DNA of 63,963 nt, filler included, from Octopus bimaculoides (lineage: Eukaryota), in the NCBI RefSeq assembly GCF_001194135.2. It is 10 parts of 8 records of this genome, joined end to end, with 100 filler letters (N's around TTAATTAATTAA, not from the genome) between each part and the next. Parts side by side here need not be neighbours in the genome. Positions count along the whole stretch, not along the records: positions 1 to 13,131 come from NC_068995.1; positions 13,232 to 23,700 come from NC_068984.1; 8 more parts are not named here. One strand, given 5' to 3'. Under the pieces are notes generated by a model, which ran no database searches, was not told where the DNA came from, and worked only from the letters and a program-made list of their open reading frames with translations. Position numbers and translations under genes: made by a program. Shown piece by piece: positions 1-13,934 of this stretch (positions within the stretch are counted from its first letter, which is position 1; each line of letters begins with the position of its first letter).

Positions 1-805
1 ATCATTCAGAGATCAATAAAATTAGTACCAGTCAGGAATTGGGGTCGATTACTTATTCCCATACCCCTAGATTTGAGGCCTTGTGTCTTCATGTATATTT
101 TGTCTTGTCTTTATGTAATGTTGAGTTAAAAACCTTACTTGTTAATGGATTTTGGGAACTCACCATATATCAAGGTTACTTATTTTTGTATCAATTTTCT
201 GTCTATCTGCTTGTCTGTCTGTCTGTCTGTCTTTCTCTCTCTCTGAATGAATGAAGGGTAGCAAAGACACTATCCTTTGTTAATCCTGTTGTAGTCAATC
301 TCTTTTGTGTTGTTGGTGGCACAATAAGATACACCCAGTCTATGTTGTATAGTTGGTGGTGGAAAGGTCATCAAGCTGTAAAGACATTGAAAGAAAAAAT
401 ATACGTGTTAAAATTGAATACAAGAGATGAGATCCTGTGAAACTTATCCAACCCATGTAAAAAGTCGATGTGAAATGATATAGACATCACTATCATAATT
501 TAACATCTACTTTTCCATGCTGGTACGAGTTGGTTGAATTTTCTAAAGCAGTGTTTTGTGATTAAATGACCTCCCATTGCCAATCCTTCTAATCATCTCT
601 TATGATGGAGGCAGGTGGTGTTGGGTGGGTGAGGGGCATGATGTATCTTATTGTAAAAGCTGGGTGACATGTGGCAAGGCTCGAAATCATGAGAGTATGA
701 AGAGATGGAGTGGTGTGATATTTGTGGACTCATTAGTTCATTTTTTTTGTGCTCCTATTTTATTCAGATTAGCCTTTTGTGTTATCTACAGTCTGTTCAT
801 TTTCA

Positions 806-815
806 GAAGCCCTAT

Positions 816-851
<36 letters not shown>

Positions 852-1080
852 GTTTAACGTCCGCTTTCCATGCTAGCATGGGTTGGACGATTTGACTGAG
901 GACTGGTGAAACCGGATGGCAACACCAGGTTCCAGTCTGATTTGGCAGAGTTTCTACAGCTGGATGCCCTTCCTAACGCCAACCACTCAGAGAGTGTAGT
1001 GGGTGCTTTTACGTGTCACCCGCACGAAAACGGCCACGCTCGAAATGGTGTCTTTTATGTGCCACCCGCACAAGCCAGTC
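806..1080 (-). mobile_element. SINE family C (young copy, (GAT)n 3' tail), runs into gap
   Basis: (CAT)n tract followed by cgtttaacgtccgctttccatgctagcatgggttggacg...; near-identical to 62594-62810 (one substitution seen by eye); older copies at ~4255-4415(+), ~24950-25125(-), ~42746-42885(+). Confidence 0.85.
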
Positions 1081-1735
1081 NNNNNNNNNNNNNNNNNNNN
1101 NNNNNNNNNNNNNNNNNNNNNNNNNNNNNNNNNNNNNNNNNNNNNNNNNNNNNNNNNNNNNNNNNNNNNNNNNNNNNNNNNNNNNNNNNNNNNNNNNNNN
1201 NNNNNNNNNNNNNNNNNNNNNNNNNNNNNNNNNNNNNNNNNNNNNNNNNNNNNNNNNNNNNNNNNNNNNNNNNNNNNNNNNNNNNNNNNNNNNNNNNNNN
1301 NNNNNNNNNNNNNNNNNNNNNNNNNNNNNNNNNNNNNNNNNNNNNNNNNNNNNNNNNNNNNNNNNNNNNNNNNNNNNNNNNNNNNNNNNNNNNNNNNNNN
1401 NNNNNNNNNNNNNNNNNNNNNNNNNNNNNNNNNNNNNNNNNNNNNNNNNNNNNNNNNNNNNNNNNNNNNNNNNNNNNNNNNNNNNNNNNNNNNNNNNNNN
1501 NNNNNNNNNNNNNNNNNNNNNNNNNNNNNNNNNNNNNNNNNNNNNNNNNNNNNNNNNNNNNNNNNNNNNNNNNNNNNNNNNNNNNNNNNNNNNNNNNNNN
1601 NNNNNNNNNNNNNNNNNNNNNNNNNNNNNNNNNNNNNNNNNNNNNNNNNNNNNNNNNNNNNNNNNNNNNNNNNNNNNNNNNNNNNNNNNNNNNNNNNNNN
1701 NNNNNNNNNNNNNNNNNNNNNNNNNNNNNNNNNNN

Positions 1736-1830
1736 CCTTTGTCGCCAGCTGAGTGAGAGTCCCTTTGTCGCCAGCTGAGTGAGAGTCCCTTTGTCGCCAG
1801 CTGAGTGAGAGTCCCTTTGTCGCCAGCTGA
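1736..1830. repeat. 26-bp minisatellite (cctttgtcgccagctgagtgagagtc) x3.6 emerging from gap
   Basis: Exact 26-nt periodicity visible. Confidence 0.9.
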
Positions 1831-3737
1831 ATATATATATGGTGGTTGTCTACTCCTTATGCAGAGTTTGACCATCTCTTGTACCTACACCTTAGCACCA
1901 TCATGGCATCTGATGTGGCTTTTTAAACCAGACAATGTTCTGAAAAGTCACCCACATAGATTACACCTCCATGTGTCTATCATTTTCCCAGATTTTGAAA
2001 ATATGATTTGAGAAAGGGCCAATGGAAATGTGTTTCAAATAGAAATTACAAAGATAAGGTCAATGTTGAACATTTCTAAACTATTGTAAGAAAAATAACA
2101 TATTTGCTATTTCTTGCGTATGATGGCTTGTAAATGATATTTGGCAAACAGAAGTATTTAGTGATGTGTAACACCATCGTCACTGCTTATGTTTTGTCAC
2201 CAATAGTATCCTTATGGTGGTAACAATAAAATAGAGTGTTCTAAGTGAATTAATGAGGATATATAGCTAACAGCACATGATGTGACGAGCAGAGGGAGAC
2301 TCTGATTGCTTGGCTTGTTAGAAATAGCTATGAAATCTCATACTCTATTTTGAGAAATGGAAGGGCATATTGGATAATTTAGTCTTTCATACATTTTGTC
2401 TAAATATGAGACAAGATGATGATAACTAAAACACTTTTTGTCATAGCTCAACTGGACCAGAGCTGACCTCATGCTGAACAACTACTACAGTTAGTGCAAC
2501 AAGTAATAAGTGGGGTTTTATATATATATATATATATATATATAGCCAATGTGTTGTATAAATCACATTTGCTGTCATTTACTTGGCATATTCCCTATTA
2601 AAAGCTTATTTATTATATTCAGTAGAGCTTCTTTGATATAACTTTTTTAATGTTTTTTTTATTTTTTTATTATTGATATTGTGGTCTTTGTCGGGTTGCT
2701 TGCGGATCTTAAAAGCCTTATCAGTGACAACTTGATCATTATTTAATTGAAGTACTTACTGATATATTTTAGTACAAAAGTTATGATTTGTTTTGTTTTT
2801 TGTTGTTTTTTTTTCCTTTGTTCCACATAGGATAAAAATAATCTGCTTTAAACAACATCCTTTTTATGTATAAAACTTAACATCTTTAACCCCTTTGTGA
2901 CTGTATTTCTATTGAAATACATTGCCTGTGTTTTTACAGTTTACAAAACAATCAAAGAAGTTGGAGGGGTTTAGTAAAAATGTGTTTTATTTTCTTTTTC
3001 TCATTTTGTTCTGCTGATGTTCAGAAGACGACCTAAAGCGCTCTTATATAAAATTTTGATGGTAGGTTTTAATTTAAATACAAACTCTAAAAGTTATTTA
3101 CTCTGTATCTTAAAACCAAAGGCAATCTTGGGTGGGTTGTTATCAAGTGTTAGAACTATTCCTATCTAACCAACAGATATCTGTCCTCCCCCCACCCACC
3201 AAAAATATTCTTGCTATAAGATAAAGTATGCAAGATCACTTCATATTTATTTATTTACTTTCCAGTTTTTTGTCTGATTAGTAAACACTACTTTGCATCC
3301 TAAATATGCCACGAAATATATTAAATTATCTTCTCATACTGTTCTTATTAAACACTTTTCAATGTGTAACTTTCAAAATATCTAGGACATTTTTTTTTTC
3401 TTTCAAATTCCTTCCTTATATTGACAAATATGGATTTCATTTGCATGCTGTTAACTACAAATATACTTCTTTATTCTCTTAAAAATTTCTTAGTAAGGAA
3501 ATCTCTCTGGGCTGATCTTGCTTCTGTTACTAATTTTAAGTGTTTATTTTAGTTGTAGCTTGTGTTTCTTTCATAGCAACTGATAGGTTAGTTCCAATTC
3601 CTTATTGAAAGAGGATATTACGGGTCTTATTATGGTTGATTGGTTTAGGAATGAAGCTACTTTATATATATATTTTTTCTTTTTTATTCCTATTCTACTG
3701 CAAGCATTTTCATTCTCTTTCTGTCTGTCTATCCGTA

Positions 3738-3778
<41 letters not shown>

Positions 3779-4534
3779 AGAACATGACACTTCATTTTAC
3801 TTGTCCCACTTTGCTTAGATGGAACAGTTAAATACATATGATGGCCATGCTGGGGCATAGCTTTGACGAATTTAAGTTGAGCAAATTGATCCCAGTATTT
3901 TTTTTTTTTNNNNNNNNNNNNNNNNNNNNNNNNNNNNNNNNNNNNNNNNNNNNNNNNNNNNNNNNNNNNNNNNNNNNNNNNNNNNNNNNNNNNNNNNNNN
4001 NNNNNNNNNNNNNNNNNNNNNNNNNNNNNNNNNNNNNNNNNNNNNNNNNNNNNNNNNNNNNNNNNNNNNNNNNACACACACACACACACATAGGCTTCTT
4101 TCAATTTCCATCTACTAAATCCACTCATAAGACTTTTGTTTGACTGTGGCTATAGTTGAAGACACTTGTTCAAGGTGCCGCACAGTGGAGCTGAACCTGG
4201 AACCATGTGGTTGAGAAGCAGTCTTACCACACAGCAATGACTGCCTACACACACTCATACACGCACTACACTCTTGAAGTGATTGACATTAGGAAGGGCA
4301 TATAGATGTAGAAACCATGCCAAATCAGATTGAAACCTGGTGCAGCTTACCAGTTTTCAGTCAAACTGTCCAGCCTATACCAGCATGGAAAACATGTTAA
4401 AGGATGACGATGATAATAAACAAAAATTCTCACCTTGTTCTTGTAGCTGACCAGTGTTTTGCCAAAGAGGAATTTTAGCTTTCTTTTTTCTCACTAGGGA
4501 CTTTGTGTTTGGAGGAAGTCATCCTTAGAACAGT

Positions 4535-4699
4535 GTTTCTATCTCCAATGTTCGTCATCATTTAATGTCCACTTTTCTAAGGTCAGATGCCAGTCTTGTC
4601 ACCAACCCTTAATTGTTTCTATCTCCAATGTTCATCATCATTTAATGTCCACTTTTCTAAGGTCAGATGCCAGTCTTGTCACCAACCCTTAATTGTTTC
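4535..4699. repeat. 80-bp tandem duplication (2 copies, 1 mismatch)
   Basis: gtttctatctccaatgttc(g/a)tcatcatttaatgtcc...cccttaatt at 4535 and 4615. Confidence 0.9.
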
Positions 4700-5116
4700 C
4701 GAGCGAGGTAACATTTCCCATGTTTTTTTTTTACCTGGAAGACTGGAAATAAACGACCTCACTTGTATGAAATAAACAAAGGTGCAGGTTTGGTGATAAA
4801 CATCAATAAAACTATTAAAATCTGTTAAAAGCATCTAAGGCCCAATTTGTGATGTTAAAGTGGGAAAGGATTAATTCTACCATTCAGGAACAGTTCCTCA
4901 GGTGGGCTGCCACATTACTGTCTACCAAATTTCAGTCAACAGGCTTTGTTTGATTCCAGGCTATGAATGAAGACCGTTGCCCTAGGGGGCTGTGCAGTGA
5001 GATTGAAAGCATGTGGTTGTGAAGCAAGCTTCTTAATCACACAACCTTCCTTGTAAATAATACCTTCTAAAAGTTTTGGAAGAAGTCTCTGAAAGTTAAT
5101 ATTTAGCCTCAGTAAA

Positions 5117-5310
5117 GCAGCGAGCTGGTAGAATTGTTAGCATGCTGGGCGAAATGCTTAGCGTTATGAGTTCAAATTCCACCGAGGTCCACTTTGTCTT
5201 TCTTCCTTTCAGGGTTAATAAAATAAGTACCAATTTAGTACTGGGGTTGATGTCATTGACTTACACCCTCCCTCGAAATTGCAGGCTTTGTGCCAAAATT
5301 TGAAATGAAT
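5117..5310 (+). mobile_element. tRNA-derived SINE family B (core resembles Deu/Nin-type domain)
   Basis: gcagcgagctgg...gagttcaaattcc (B-box) ...tttcttcctttcagggttaataaaataagtacc; homologous copies at 13935-14220(-), ~14735-14870(-), ~20595-20735(-), ~47655-47862(+), ~47988-48190(+), ~49960-50160(-). Domain naming is from memory. Confidence 0.8.
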
Positions 5311-6349
5311 ATTTAGCCTCAGTTTTTTAATATTAAATGAGTTTGTTGCTCGTGTCATTTCCAGATGATTTTGTACATATTTTCAGTACCTAAGTGAACT
5401 TGAAGGAATGTAGAATAAATTTTTCTACTCAGAAATGCAAAATGTGGATTTGAATGTGCATTGCAGACCAATGTCTATTGCTCTTAACCAGTACATCTGA
5501 GTCTTCAGTTTTGTTTCTGATTGTTTCTCTCAATCATTTCATCCCTAAGAAAGATTAGTGAAGTACTGCATCATGAACCATTGTGACCTGTGGGGGTGAT
5601 TTTGTTTGACATTCCAATCAAGCTGAAAGGAGATAAACTCAGAAAGTCATGTTCATACATTTTCTTTTACTTCTATAGAACATTTTCTTGTCACTTAAGG
5701 TTGATTGGTTATTTTGTTGTGTTCTATAATGGAGACCACTAGCTGTGAAGTAACAATAAACTAGTGATTATATGGTCATGAATACGACCTTCTTTGTTGT
5801 ACCTCATGAGTAAGGCACCTTTGCTGACCCCCATTCTTCAAAAGCTCCTCTCCTATTTTATGGTTGAATAGTTAATAATAGGATGGGTAATCAACTGTAA
5901 AAACACCTGTTCCTACAAATAATGTTACTCCTACATAAATGACAAAGAACCCTTAAAAACAAGACTAAAATGCATTTTAGAAGGAGAATTTCTATTCTCT
6001 ATATTTCTATATAAATGATATTGTATGCTGTGACAAATCTAGATAATATTTGGTTCAGCAATCATTATTTTGTCCTCATGAAGGTAGAGACACTTACTCT
6101 TTGTCTGTAACTTGTTTTTACATCTGTTTTTCCATGCTAGTATGGGTTAGACGACTATATAAGTCATTGTTTTACAGCTGGATGCCCATCCAGTTTCTAA
6201 CCCTTATCTGCTTTATCAAGTGTGCTCGCTCTTATTCTACATGTCTTAAGAAGTGCAGAACCAGCAGATGGTTTCTTGACAGACAAATAACAGATGTTGC
6301 TGCTTGTAGCTCATTTGATTTTTCAGGAAAGGCTGCAGATGATAAGCAT

Positions 6350-6413
<64 letters not shown>

Positions 6414-6460
6414 AGTGTAAGCACGTAAATGTGCAACAAGGTGGAAAAAAGAGTACTAAA

Positions 6461-6500
6461 ACTGTCCGATGAACGGGAACGTGAAACTCCGAGTAACAGT
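6461..6500 (+). ncRNA. Minimal type I hammerhead ribozyme-like motif (U4C variant core)
   Basis: Stem I ACTGT/ACAGT; core CCGATGA; stem II ACG-GGAA-CGT; GAAA; stem III (A)CTC-C-GAG(T); cleavage triplet GUA. Lies in a ~125-bp insert between two (TA)n tracts. Confidence 0.7.
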
Positions 6501-7965
6501 CTTTTGTTATATTTCTGGTGCTTTTAAATAAAGTATATATATATATACACACATACACACACACACATGTCATGAACTTTGTATAGTTTCTGTCTACCAA
6601 ATCCATTCAAAGCATTGGTTGGTCTGGGGCTATGGAAGAAGCCACTTGACCAAGCTACTGTGCAGTGGGATTGAACCCAAAACCACATGGTTTACAAGTG
6701 AACTTCCTAACCCAACAGCAACAAAGACCTGGCTGTGTTTATATTGGAAGCCTGAGGGTTTTTTATGAATTTTAGTGATTTGTATTAAAGTTATTGGATT
6801 AAATAAATCCATTGTAGTATTCTTTGTTGTTAGTGTTATAGAAAAGACAGCTATTTGTATGTTTTTACAACAGTCTGAAGCTAGTCCCTTTCCAGGTGTA
6901 TCAGTGGAGAACAATAAATAGTTTAAGCTGTGTAGCTTTGTTGTTTTACCTTGCTCTCTGTTGTGGCAGTTTTAGTCATTCATATTTTTAGCCTTTTGTC
7001 ATGTGTCATAATCAACTGCTTTGTTTTGGAGATTTCCTTGTCTTCAGACTTTGGTAGTGGTAAAAGTGAACAAATTAACAGTTAACCCTGACTGTCAGGT
7101 ACAAGTTCTGCACCTGAACTGAGGAGGCTCTGTGGTCATTCAACCTGCTAGAAATAGCAGCGAAATCTTTTTTAAACAACACTTTTTTTTGTAAGGGCAG
7201 ATTTAAAAAAAAAAAAAAACAGGGCGGTCATGGTTGGAATGTCATTGCTCATGGGTCTACTCAATCAGGACTGACCAGGGTTTAACAGCAACAACAACTA
7301 AGTGCTTTTGCTGGTAAAAGTAAGTGCTCAGTATTTTAGTATCAGACTAAAAAAAAAAACAGCTTCAATTTTCTATTCCTCTATAAGATGAATTAATCTG
7401 CTTTGTGAAAAGTATTTTCCTTGTATGTGTAATTTATTAAAAAATGTTTAATTTGTCATAAGATTTATTGATTATGTAATTATCACAAAAAATAATAATC
7501 TGCTTTTTCATCAAAGTTTTTCCTACTAGGATGTAATTTGGTGGAGACCTAGCTGCTATTTTTACCAGGTCGAAGCAATACATAAAGACTGCCTTGTTGA
7601 CTAGTAAATTTTAATGTTAGTGAATTGCTTTTTTTAATTTTTCTATTTACTAATCTTGTAACAATCTGTGTTGGTAGCCTGTAGAGACACCTATTAAATG
7701 GATCACTGGGGAAATGTGTACAGTTGGTTCATGTTTTCAAAGTAGTCGAGGACTGTAATAATAATACTTAGTCTGGTAGGGGGTTTTGAGATGACTATAA
7801 TACTTAGTCTGGTAGGGGGTTTTGAAATGACTATAGAATTTAGCGAGATTAAGGAAAATGATGATAGTAATTAAAAAAAAAAAGTTCCAGGTTTAGTCCC
7901 ACTTTGGGCAAGTGTCTTCTATGGAAACTGAAAGAAGCTCATTGTGTGTGTGTATTGCTTGATAG

Positions 7966-8215
7966 TAGAGACACATGGCTTAGTGGTTAAGGTACTTGGC
8001 TTATGATCGTAAGGTCAGGAGTTCAGTTCCCGGCTGTGCGTTGTGTCTTTGTGTAAGGCACTACATTTCACATTGCTTCAGCTCACTCATCTGGCAAAAA
8101 ACAAGTTGTACCTGTATTTCAAAGGGCCAGCCTTGTCACATTCTGTGTCATGCTGAACCCCATCCCCTGAGAACTACGTTAAGAGTATGCATGTCTGTGG
8201 AGATGTATTTATTTA
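7966..8215 (+). mobile_element. tRNA-derived SINE family D, diverged copy
   Basis: A-box-like tggcttagtgg, B-box-like ggagttcagttcc; body matches 22614-22923. Confidence 0.7.
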
Positions 8216-8454
8216 ATTGTTCCATCTAAGCAAAGGGAATTTGATAGATGGAAGCTGTGTGTGTGTGTGTGTGTGTGGATGTATGTCTTTGTGTTTGTTT
8301 CCACCCACCACTGTCTGACAACTGGTTTGGGGTTGGTTTATATCTCCATAACTTAGTGGTTCAGCAAAAAGAATCAATAGAATAAATTCGACTTCAATAA
8401 AAAAATTGTGGTTATTTTGTTTGACTAAACCCTTCAAGGTGGTACTCCAGAAAA

Positions 8455-8828
8455 AGTGGCTGTGTGGTAAGTAGCTGGCTTACCAACCACATGGTTCCAG
8501 GTTCAGTCCCACTGCATGGCACCTTGGGTAAATGTCTTCTATAGCCTCAGACCAACCAAAGTCTTGTGAGTGGATTTGGTTGGCAGAAACTGAAAGAAGC
8601 CCATTGTATATATGTATATATTTGTATGTGTGTGTCTGTGTTTGTCCCCCTAACATAGCTTGAATTCGATGCTGGTGTGTTTATGTCCCCGTAACCTAGT
8701 GGTTCGGCAAAAGAGACTGATAGAATAAGCACTAGGCTTACAAAGAATAAGTCCTGGGGTTGATTTGCTCGACTAAAGACGGTGCTCCAGCATGGCCACA
8801 GTCAAATGATTGAAATAAGTAAAAGAAA
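8455..8828 (+). mobile_element. tRNA-derived SINE family A, near full length
   Basis: gtggctgtgtggtaag...ggttcagtccc head, internal (TA/TG)n, tail ...ccagcatggcc...gaaataagtaaaaga; homologous to 12771-13131 and 15791-16193. Confidence 0.88.
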
Positions 8829-11800
8829 AGAATAATTTGTTCATGAGTGATGAAAAATACATTTTACTCATAGTGATGTGTAAAATTTAGAAATGAAATG
8901 ACTAAGGTTCTTAAGTGGACAAGGATTATATCTCTTCATAAATTGCATGTTCAGATCCACTTCTGGAGTTGCATTCTGTCTTTGAGCAGGATGTTAATTT
9001 AACTATTGGGGATAGGTTTCAAATCTTTCCAAATGCTATTTGTAATAAATCTGCCAAGGAGTTTTCTCTCTTATTGGCATAAATTTTATGGAATTAGGGT
9101 TAAGTACCAATTCTTGAAACTCCACAGGGTTTAGGAAGTGTTAAATTTTCAGTTCAGTTGGTTTAGATTTTGACTGTATTACATTTGCTGTGTGGTTCTT
9201 CGTTCAATCTCCTTGCTTGCCACTTTCGGTAAGCATTTTCTACTATAGTCTGAGTATGACAAATTGTCAGTGTAATTTGATGGATGGAAATTTTGCAGAA
9301 GCCTGATATATGTGTAATTAATAACTTTTATTAGATTTCACTGTTTGATATTAAACTTAGTTGTCAGGAATTGGTACTAGGTTTTCTGAGAAAATGATTG
9401 CCCATCGGACATATGAATGGACTTCTAGAAGCAGAAGTGCATTAACTAAATGCATATCATCATTTAGAATTATTTCTCTACTTTCTGGTTTCAAATCCTG
9501 CCACCAGCAATCAAATAAAAGAAATCACTTGTTTTGCCCACCTTTCTCTTTCCAGTCAACCTCGGATCATGTTTTCTCCTGTCATTCACAACGGATTAAT
9601 AACGATGTATGATGATTAAGGATTATTGTCCCTTTAGCATTTAAACTGGCCATATCTCGTCCAAACATTCTGCCTGTTTTGTGTTCAAACTGGCCAGATC
9701 TGGCTTCTCATGCCTTACCCATATAGATATACAAAAAATAAGTCATGTCATTGAAATTGCAAAGCTATGTGATACTATGTGATTAATTCAAAATAATGTG
9801 AATAAATAAGCATTACATTTGATAGTAATCTGAATGCTGAAAGTTTAAAATCTGTATAAATTGTATATAATCTCTAAGAGAACAGGGGCTTTTTTTACAT
9901 TGTAGCTGAGGATTCAACTGGATTGATATCACAAGTCTTTTGATAGTCTAGCACATGTATTCTTTTTCAGTGTACATTGAGGCAAGACTAAATAAATATA
10001 TACCACAATTGCTACTAGTTTGTTGTCATAAAACCTGTTTAAATGCAGACCTGCTTGTAAGACACCTTTGTATACCCTTTATACTCAGTTAATATATTTA
10101 CTGTATGTTGTGTAATTATATTAACATATGTTGTTGTCATCTATTTAGTTTAAGGAGGGGGCAACAAACATAGATTTATTGTAAGAACTGCTACTTATTT
10201 TATTTATAATACACACCTTAAATAACAAGATTTTTTTTTTTTTGTTACTGTAGACTTCGGAATTTGTTTTTTAATTTTGTCTTTTTTTTAATAAAGGTGT
10301 TGGCATGGCTGTGTGGCTTAAAAAGTTTGCTTTAGAATTATGTGGTCTTGGGTTTGTTCTCACTGTGTGGACACCGTCAGCTGGTGTCTTTTGTAATAAC
10401 TGTAGGTTCACTAGCTCCTTGTGAATCAAAAATTGGAAAGACAGAAGTTACAGATTTTCTATGGCAGGACACTGTTCCTATTGCCAACCCTTACCTGTTT
10501 CCAAGCAAGGCAATATTTCTCCGTGACTGGACATATTTTCATAGGAATTTGAAAATGAAAGACACCACTTGTAGGAAGATGTCACTCACCTGTAGCAATC
10601 AAGTGATGTCAAGGTAAATAAAAGCCAACCCATACAAATACATGCATACGTACACACGATAGACTTCTTTCAGGTTCCATCTGCTAAATCCACTTTCAAG
10701 GCTTTGGTTGACTGAGGATTATAGCAGAAGTCTCTTGCCCAAGGGATCGTGAGACTGAACCTGGAACCAAGTGGTTGGGAAGCAAGCTTCTCAAACATAT
10801 ATAAAATTGTGTGTGTGTGTGTGTGAGAGAGTTAGTGTGTTCTTGCCTTGATACATACGCATTGATTGTAAACAAACATTACTCCTTGTGCAAAATGGTG
10901 TCATTTGTTCACAATTCTCCACAAATGCCTGTGCAGGTTTTCATTGTTTAACAGATTAGGGAAAATATTCATTACTTTGCTTAGATTCAGGTGAGGGTTA
11001 GTGATAGGAAGAGCATCTGGCTGTAGAAAAAAAACTTCCAACATAATTTTGTTTGACTCCTGCAACTAAGGAAATGTAAACAAACCAGACATTAGCCCTT
11101 TAGCAGTCTAACTGGCTTTTTCCAATCCAAATATTCCATCTACTTTTTTTGCTCAAACTGGCCAGGTCCAGTCTCTTTCACTTACCCTACACTGTCATTC
11201 TAAAATTAAACAATCATATCATTGAATTAATCATGAATTATCTGATAGTTTTCAGATTCCAAAGCTTTGCGAATGAATAAACATTACATTTGACAGTAAC
11301 CTGAATGCTAAAAACAATGATTCTAATGATGAATAAATTAAGGATTTTGTGAAGTTTTTGTGTATAGGCCTAACCTGTTTCTCATTTTAACACTTATTGC
11401 CTGATCTTTGGCTGATAGTTTTTACATGCCATGTAATTTAATAATACTACCTCTTGATCATTATGCTGCCGAAAAGCATCTTGTCTAGCACTACATCCTG
11501 ATCCTTATTTGCCTGAATACTCAACTCAATCTCTAACAACTATGTCAATTTAACAGCAGCATGTCATTTCCTTTCTCTCAATGGTCAGTTATTGATGTTT
11601 ATTGAAGATGTGAATGCTTTCACTGAGGCTAGCTTGTCAAGCCACCATCCCACTTCCTTCACTGCTCTTGATAACATTGAAGCAGTTTTACTCCAACTCA
11701 GCTCAGACTGCTATCTATGTAAGTTCCTTTAAACAGCAGAAATGGCTTTTATTTTGAATGGTTTTAGATTGCTATTTTGTTCACGTCTCTTATATATATA

Positions 11801-12146
11801 TATATATATAATGGGAGAATATACGAAAAAACAACAACAGATGAGGACAGGTGGTGTAAATAACAAAAGGATGTATTAGTATGACGCTCGGGAATACGGA
11901 ANNNNNNNNNNNNNNNNNNNNNNNNNNNNNNNNNNNNNNNNNNNNNNNNNNNNNNNNNNNNNNNNNNNNNNNNNNNNNNNNNNNNNNNNNNNNNNNNNNN
12001 NNNNNNNNNNNNNNNNNNNNNNNNNNNNNNNNNNNNNNNNNNNNNNNNNNNNNNNNNNNNNNNNNNNNNNNNNNNNNNNNNNNNNNNNNNNNNNNNNNNN
12101 NNNNNNNNNNNNNNNNNNNNNNNNNNNNGGGTGGGTGGATGGATGG

Positions 12147-12187
<41 letters not shown>

Positions 12188-12731
12188 CGCTCGCTCGCTT
12201 GCTTGCTTGCTTGCTTGCTTGTGTCTCTCAATCTTACTCAGGCTCCTATGGAGAGCCAATGTAGGACCTCTACTGTGGTTTGGGTAGTGAGGAACTGCAA
12301 CTAAATCTTTCTGTAATCACATCCTACCATCTTTATAAAACGAAGGGCACATTGAGTAATGTAGTCCTAAGTACATTATCTCTAAATAAAAAAAGATGGG
12401 ATGGTCACCGCTGGAATACCTTTTGATGAAAATCTGTTTGGTACAGGCCAAACTGGTGCTAAACAACACTCTCTCTTGGGATTTTTATTCCGCTCTGGCT
12501 CACGTCTTCTCTTTCTCTCTCTGAGTTTTACCTTCAATTATTTAACAAAACTACTGTATGTACAGCATCTATAGATTATTAATGAATTAATATTTCTCGA
12601 GTGCTAATTACCCTGATACAGTTTATTTTCTCAATGCAACTCTTATGGTCATTCAAATAAAATCTCATTTTAGTTGTCAGTATGGTCACTCTTAACATTT
12701 AGAAAGTATGAAGGAATTTCTTCTCTCTCTC

Positions 12732-12770
<39 letters not shown>

Positions 12771-12772
<2 letters not shown>

Positions 12773-13131
12773 TTTACTTGTTTCAGTCATTTGACTGTGG
12801 CCATGCTGGAGCACTGCCTTTAGTCGAGAAAATCGACTCCAGGACTTATTCTTTGTAAGCCTAGTATTATTCTATCGGTCTCTTTTTGCCGAACTGCTAA
12901 GTTACAGGTACGGAAACACACCAGCATCGGTTGTCAAGCGATGTTGAGTGGACAAACACAGACACACAAACATACACACACACACACATATATATATATA
13001 CATATATACGACGGGCTTCTTTCAGTTTCCGTCTACCAAATCCACTCACAAGGCTTTGGTCGGTCCGAGGCTACAGTAGAAGACACTTGCCCAAGGTGCC
13101 ATGCAGTGGGACTGAACCTGGAACCATGTGG
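12771..13131 (-). mobile_element. SINE family A copy truncated at linker
   Basis: Reverse complement of the family A body and most of the head. Confidence 0.88.
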
Positions 13132-13231
13132 NNNNNNNNNNNNNNNNNNNNNNNNNNNNNNNNNNNNNNNNNNNNTTAATTAATTAANNNNNNNNNNNNN
13201 NNNNNNNNNNNNNNNNNNNNNNNNNNNNNNN
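13132..13231. other. Artificial contig-joining linker 1 (44N-TTAATTAATTAA-44N)
   Basis: Exactly 100 bp; the palindromic 12-mer at 13176-13187 gives stops in all six frames; identical structure occurs 9 times. Confidence 0.97.
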
Positions 13232-13934
13232 TATATATATATATATTAAGGCTTATATTTATATCAAGTTACACATATTGAAGAGCGTAGACACGAAACT
13301 GGTGGGAGAGTGAACAGGAGTGGTTTGTATGTAGTCCAGTGGCTAGAATTTTACTGACCCGCAGTAATGGAATTATTATTTTTTTTTTTTTACGCCATGT
13401 AACTTGTCAAACAAGTTTAGATGTATGCTTTGACAGAGCGAGCAACGATTCAGAAAAAATTAATTAAATTCGATATACTTGAAGCTTGAGTCAACATGTA
13501 ATATAATCTTTGATCTATTTATTTGATTGAATCAATGCTTTGATAACAAAACTTGAAAAGGCATGGTTGGTTCATTTCATTCATTCAGAACCTGGTAAGA
13601 ACAAATGGCCCAAGGTTACATGCAAAGTTAAATACAAAACACTCATACATACACACACAAACGTGCACACACACGAACGCACGCACACGCACACATGTAT
13701 ATGTATGTGACAATTCCTCTCTCTCTCTCTCTCTCTGTATCTTTTCTTTTTCTTTTCCTTCTTACAGTCATTAGACTGCAGCCATGCTGAGGCACCACCT
13801 TGAGGAATTTTACTCAGACGAATCGACCCTAGTCCTTATTTTTTAAGTCTATTCTATCAGCTTCTTTTACCAAACTGCTTCTTTACAAAGGTGTACACAC
13901 AAACCCAAACGCACACACACACACGCGCGCCTTA

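Noticed and set aside
1736-1830. CRISPR-like array
   Set aside because: Contiguous tandem units without spacers, in eukaryotic DNA.
3024-9620. Candidate host exons in segment 1 (e.g. ~3025-3061 RRPKALLYKILM, 3781 onward, 9557 onward QPRIMFSPVIHNGLITMYDD)
   Set aside because: Plausible splice sites, but I cannot chain them into a recognisable protein; this needs RNA-seq or spliced protein alignment.
13176-13187. Recurrent TTAATTAATTAA palindrome as a biological motif
   Set aside because: Always centred in exactly 88 N; synthetic six-frame-stop linker.
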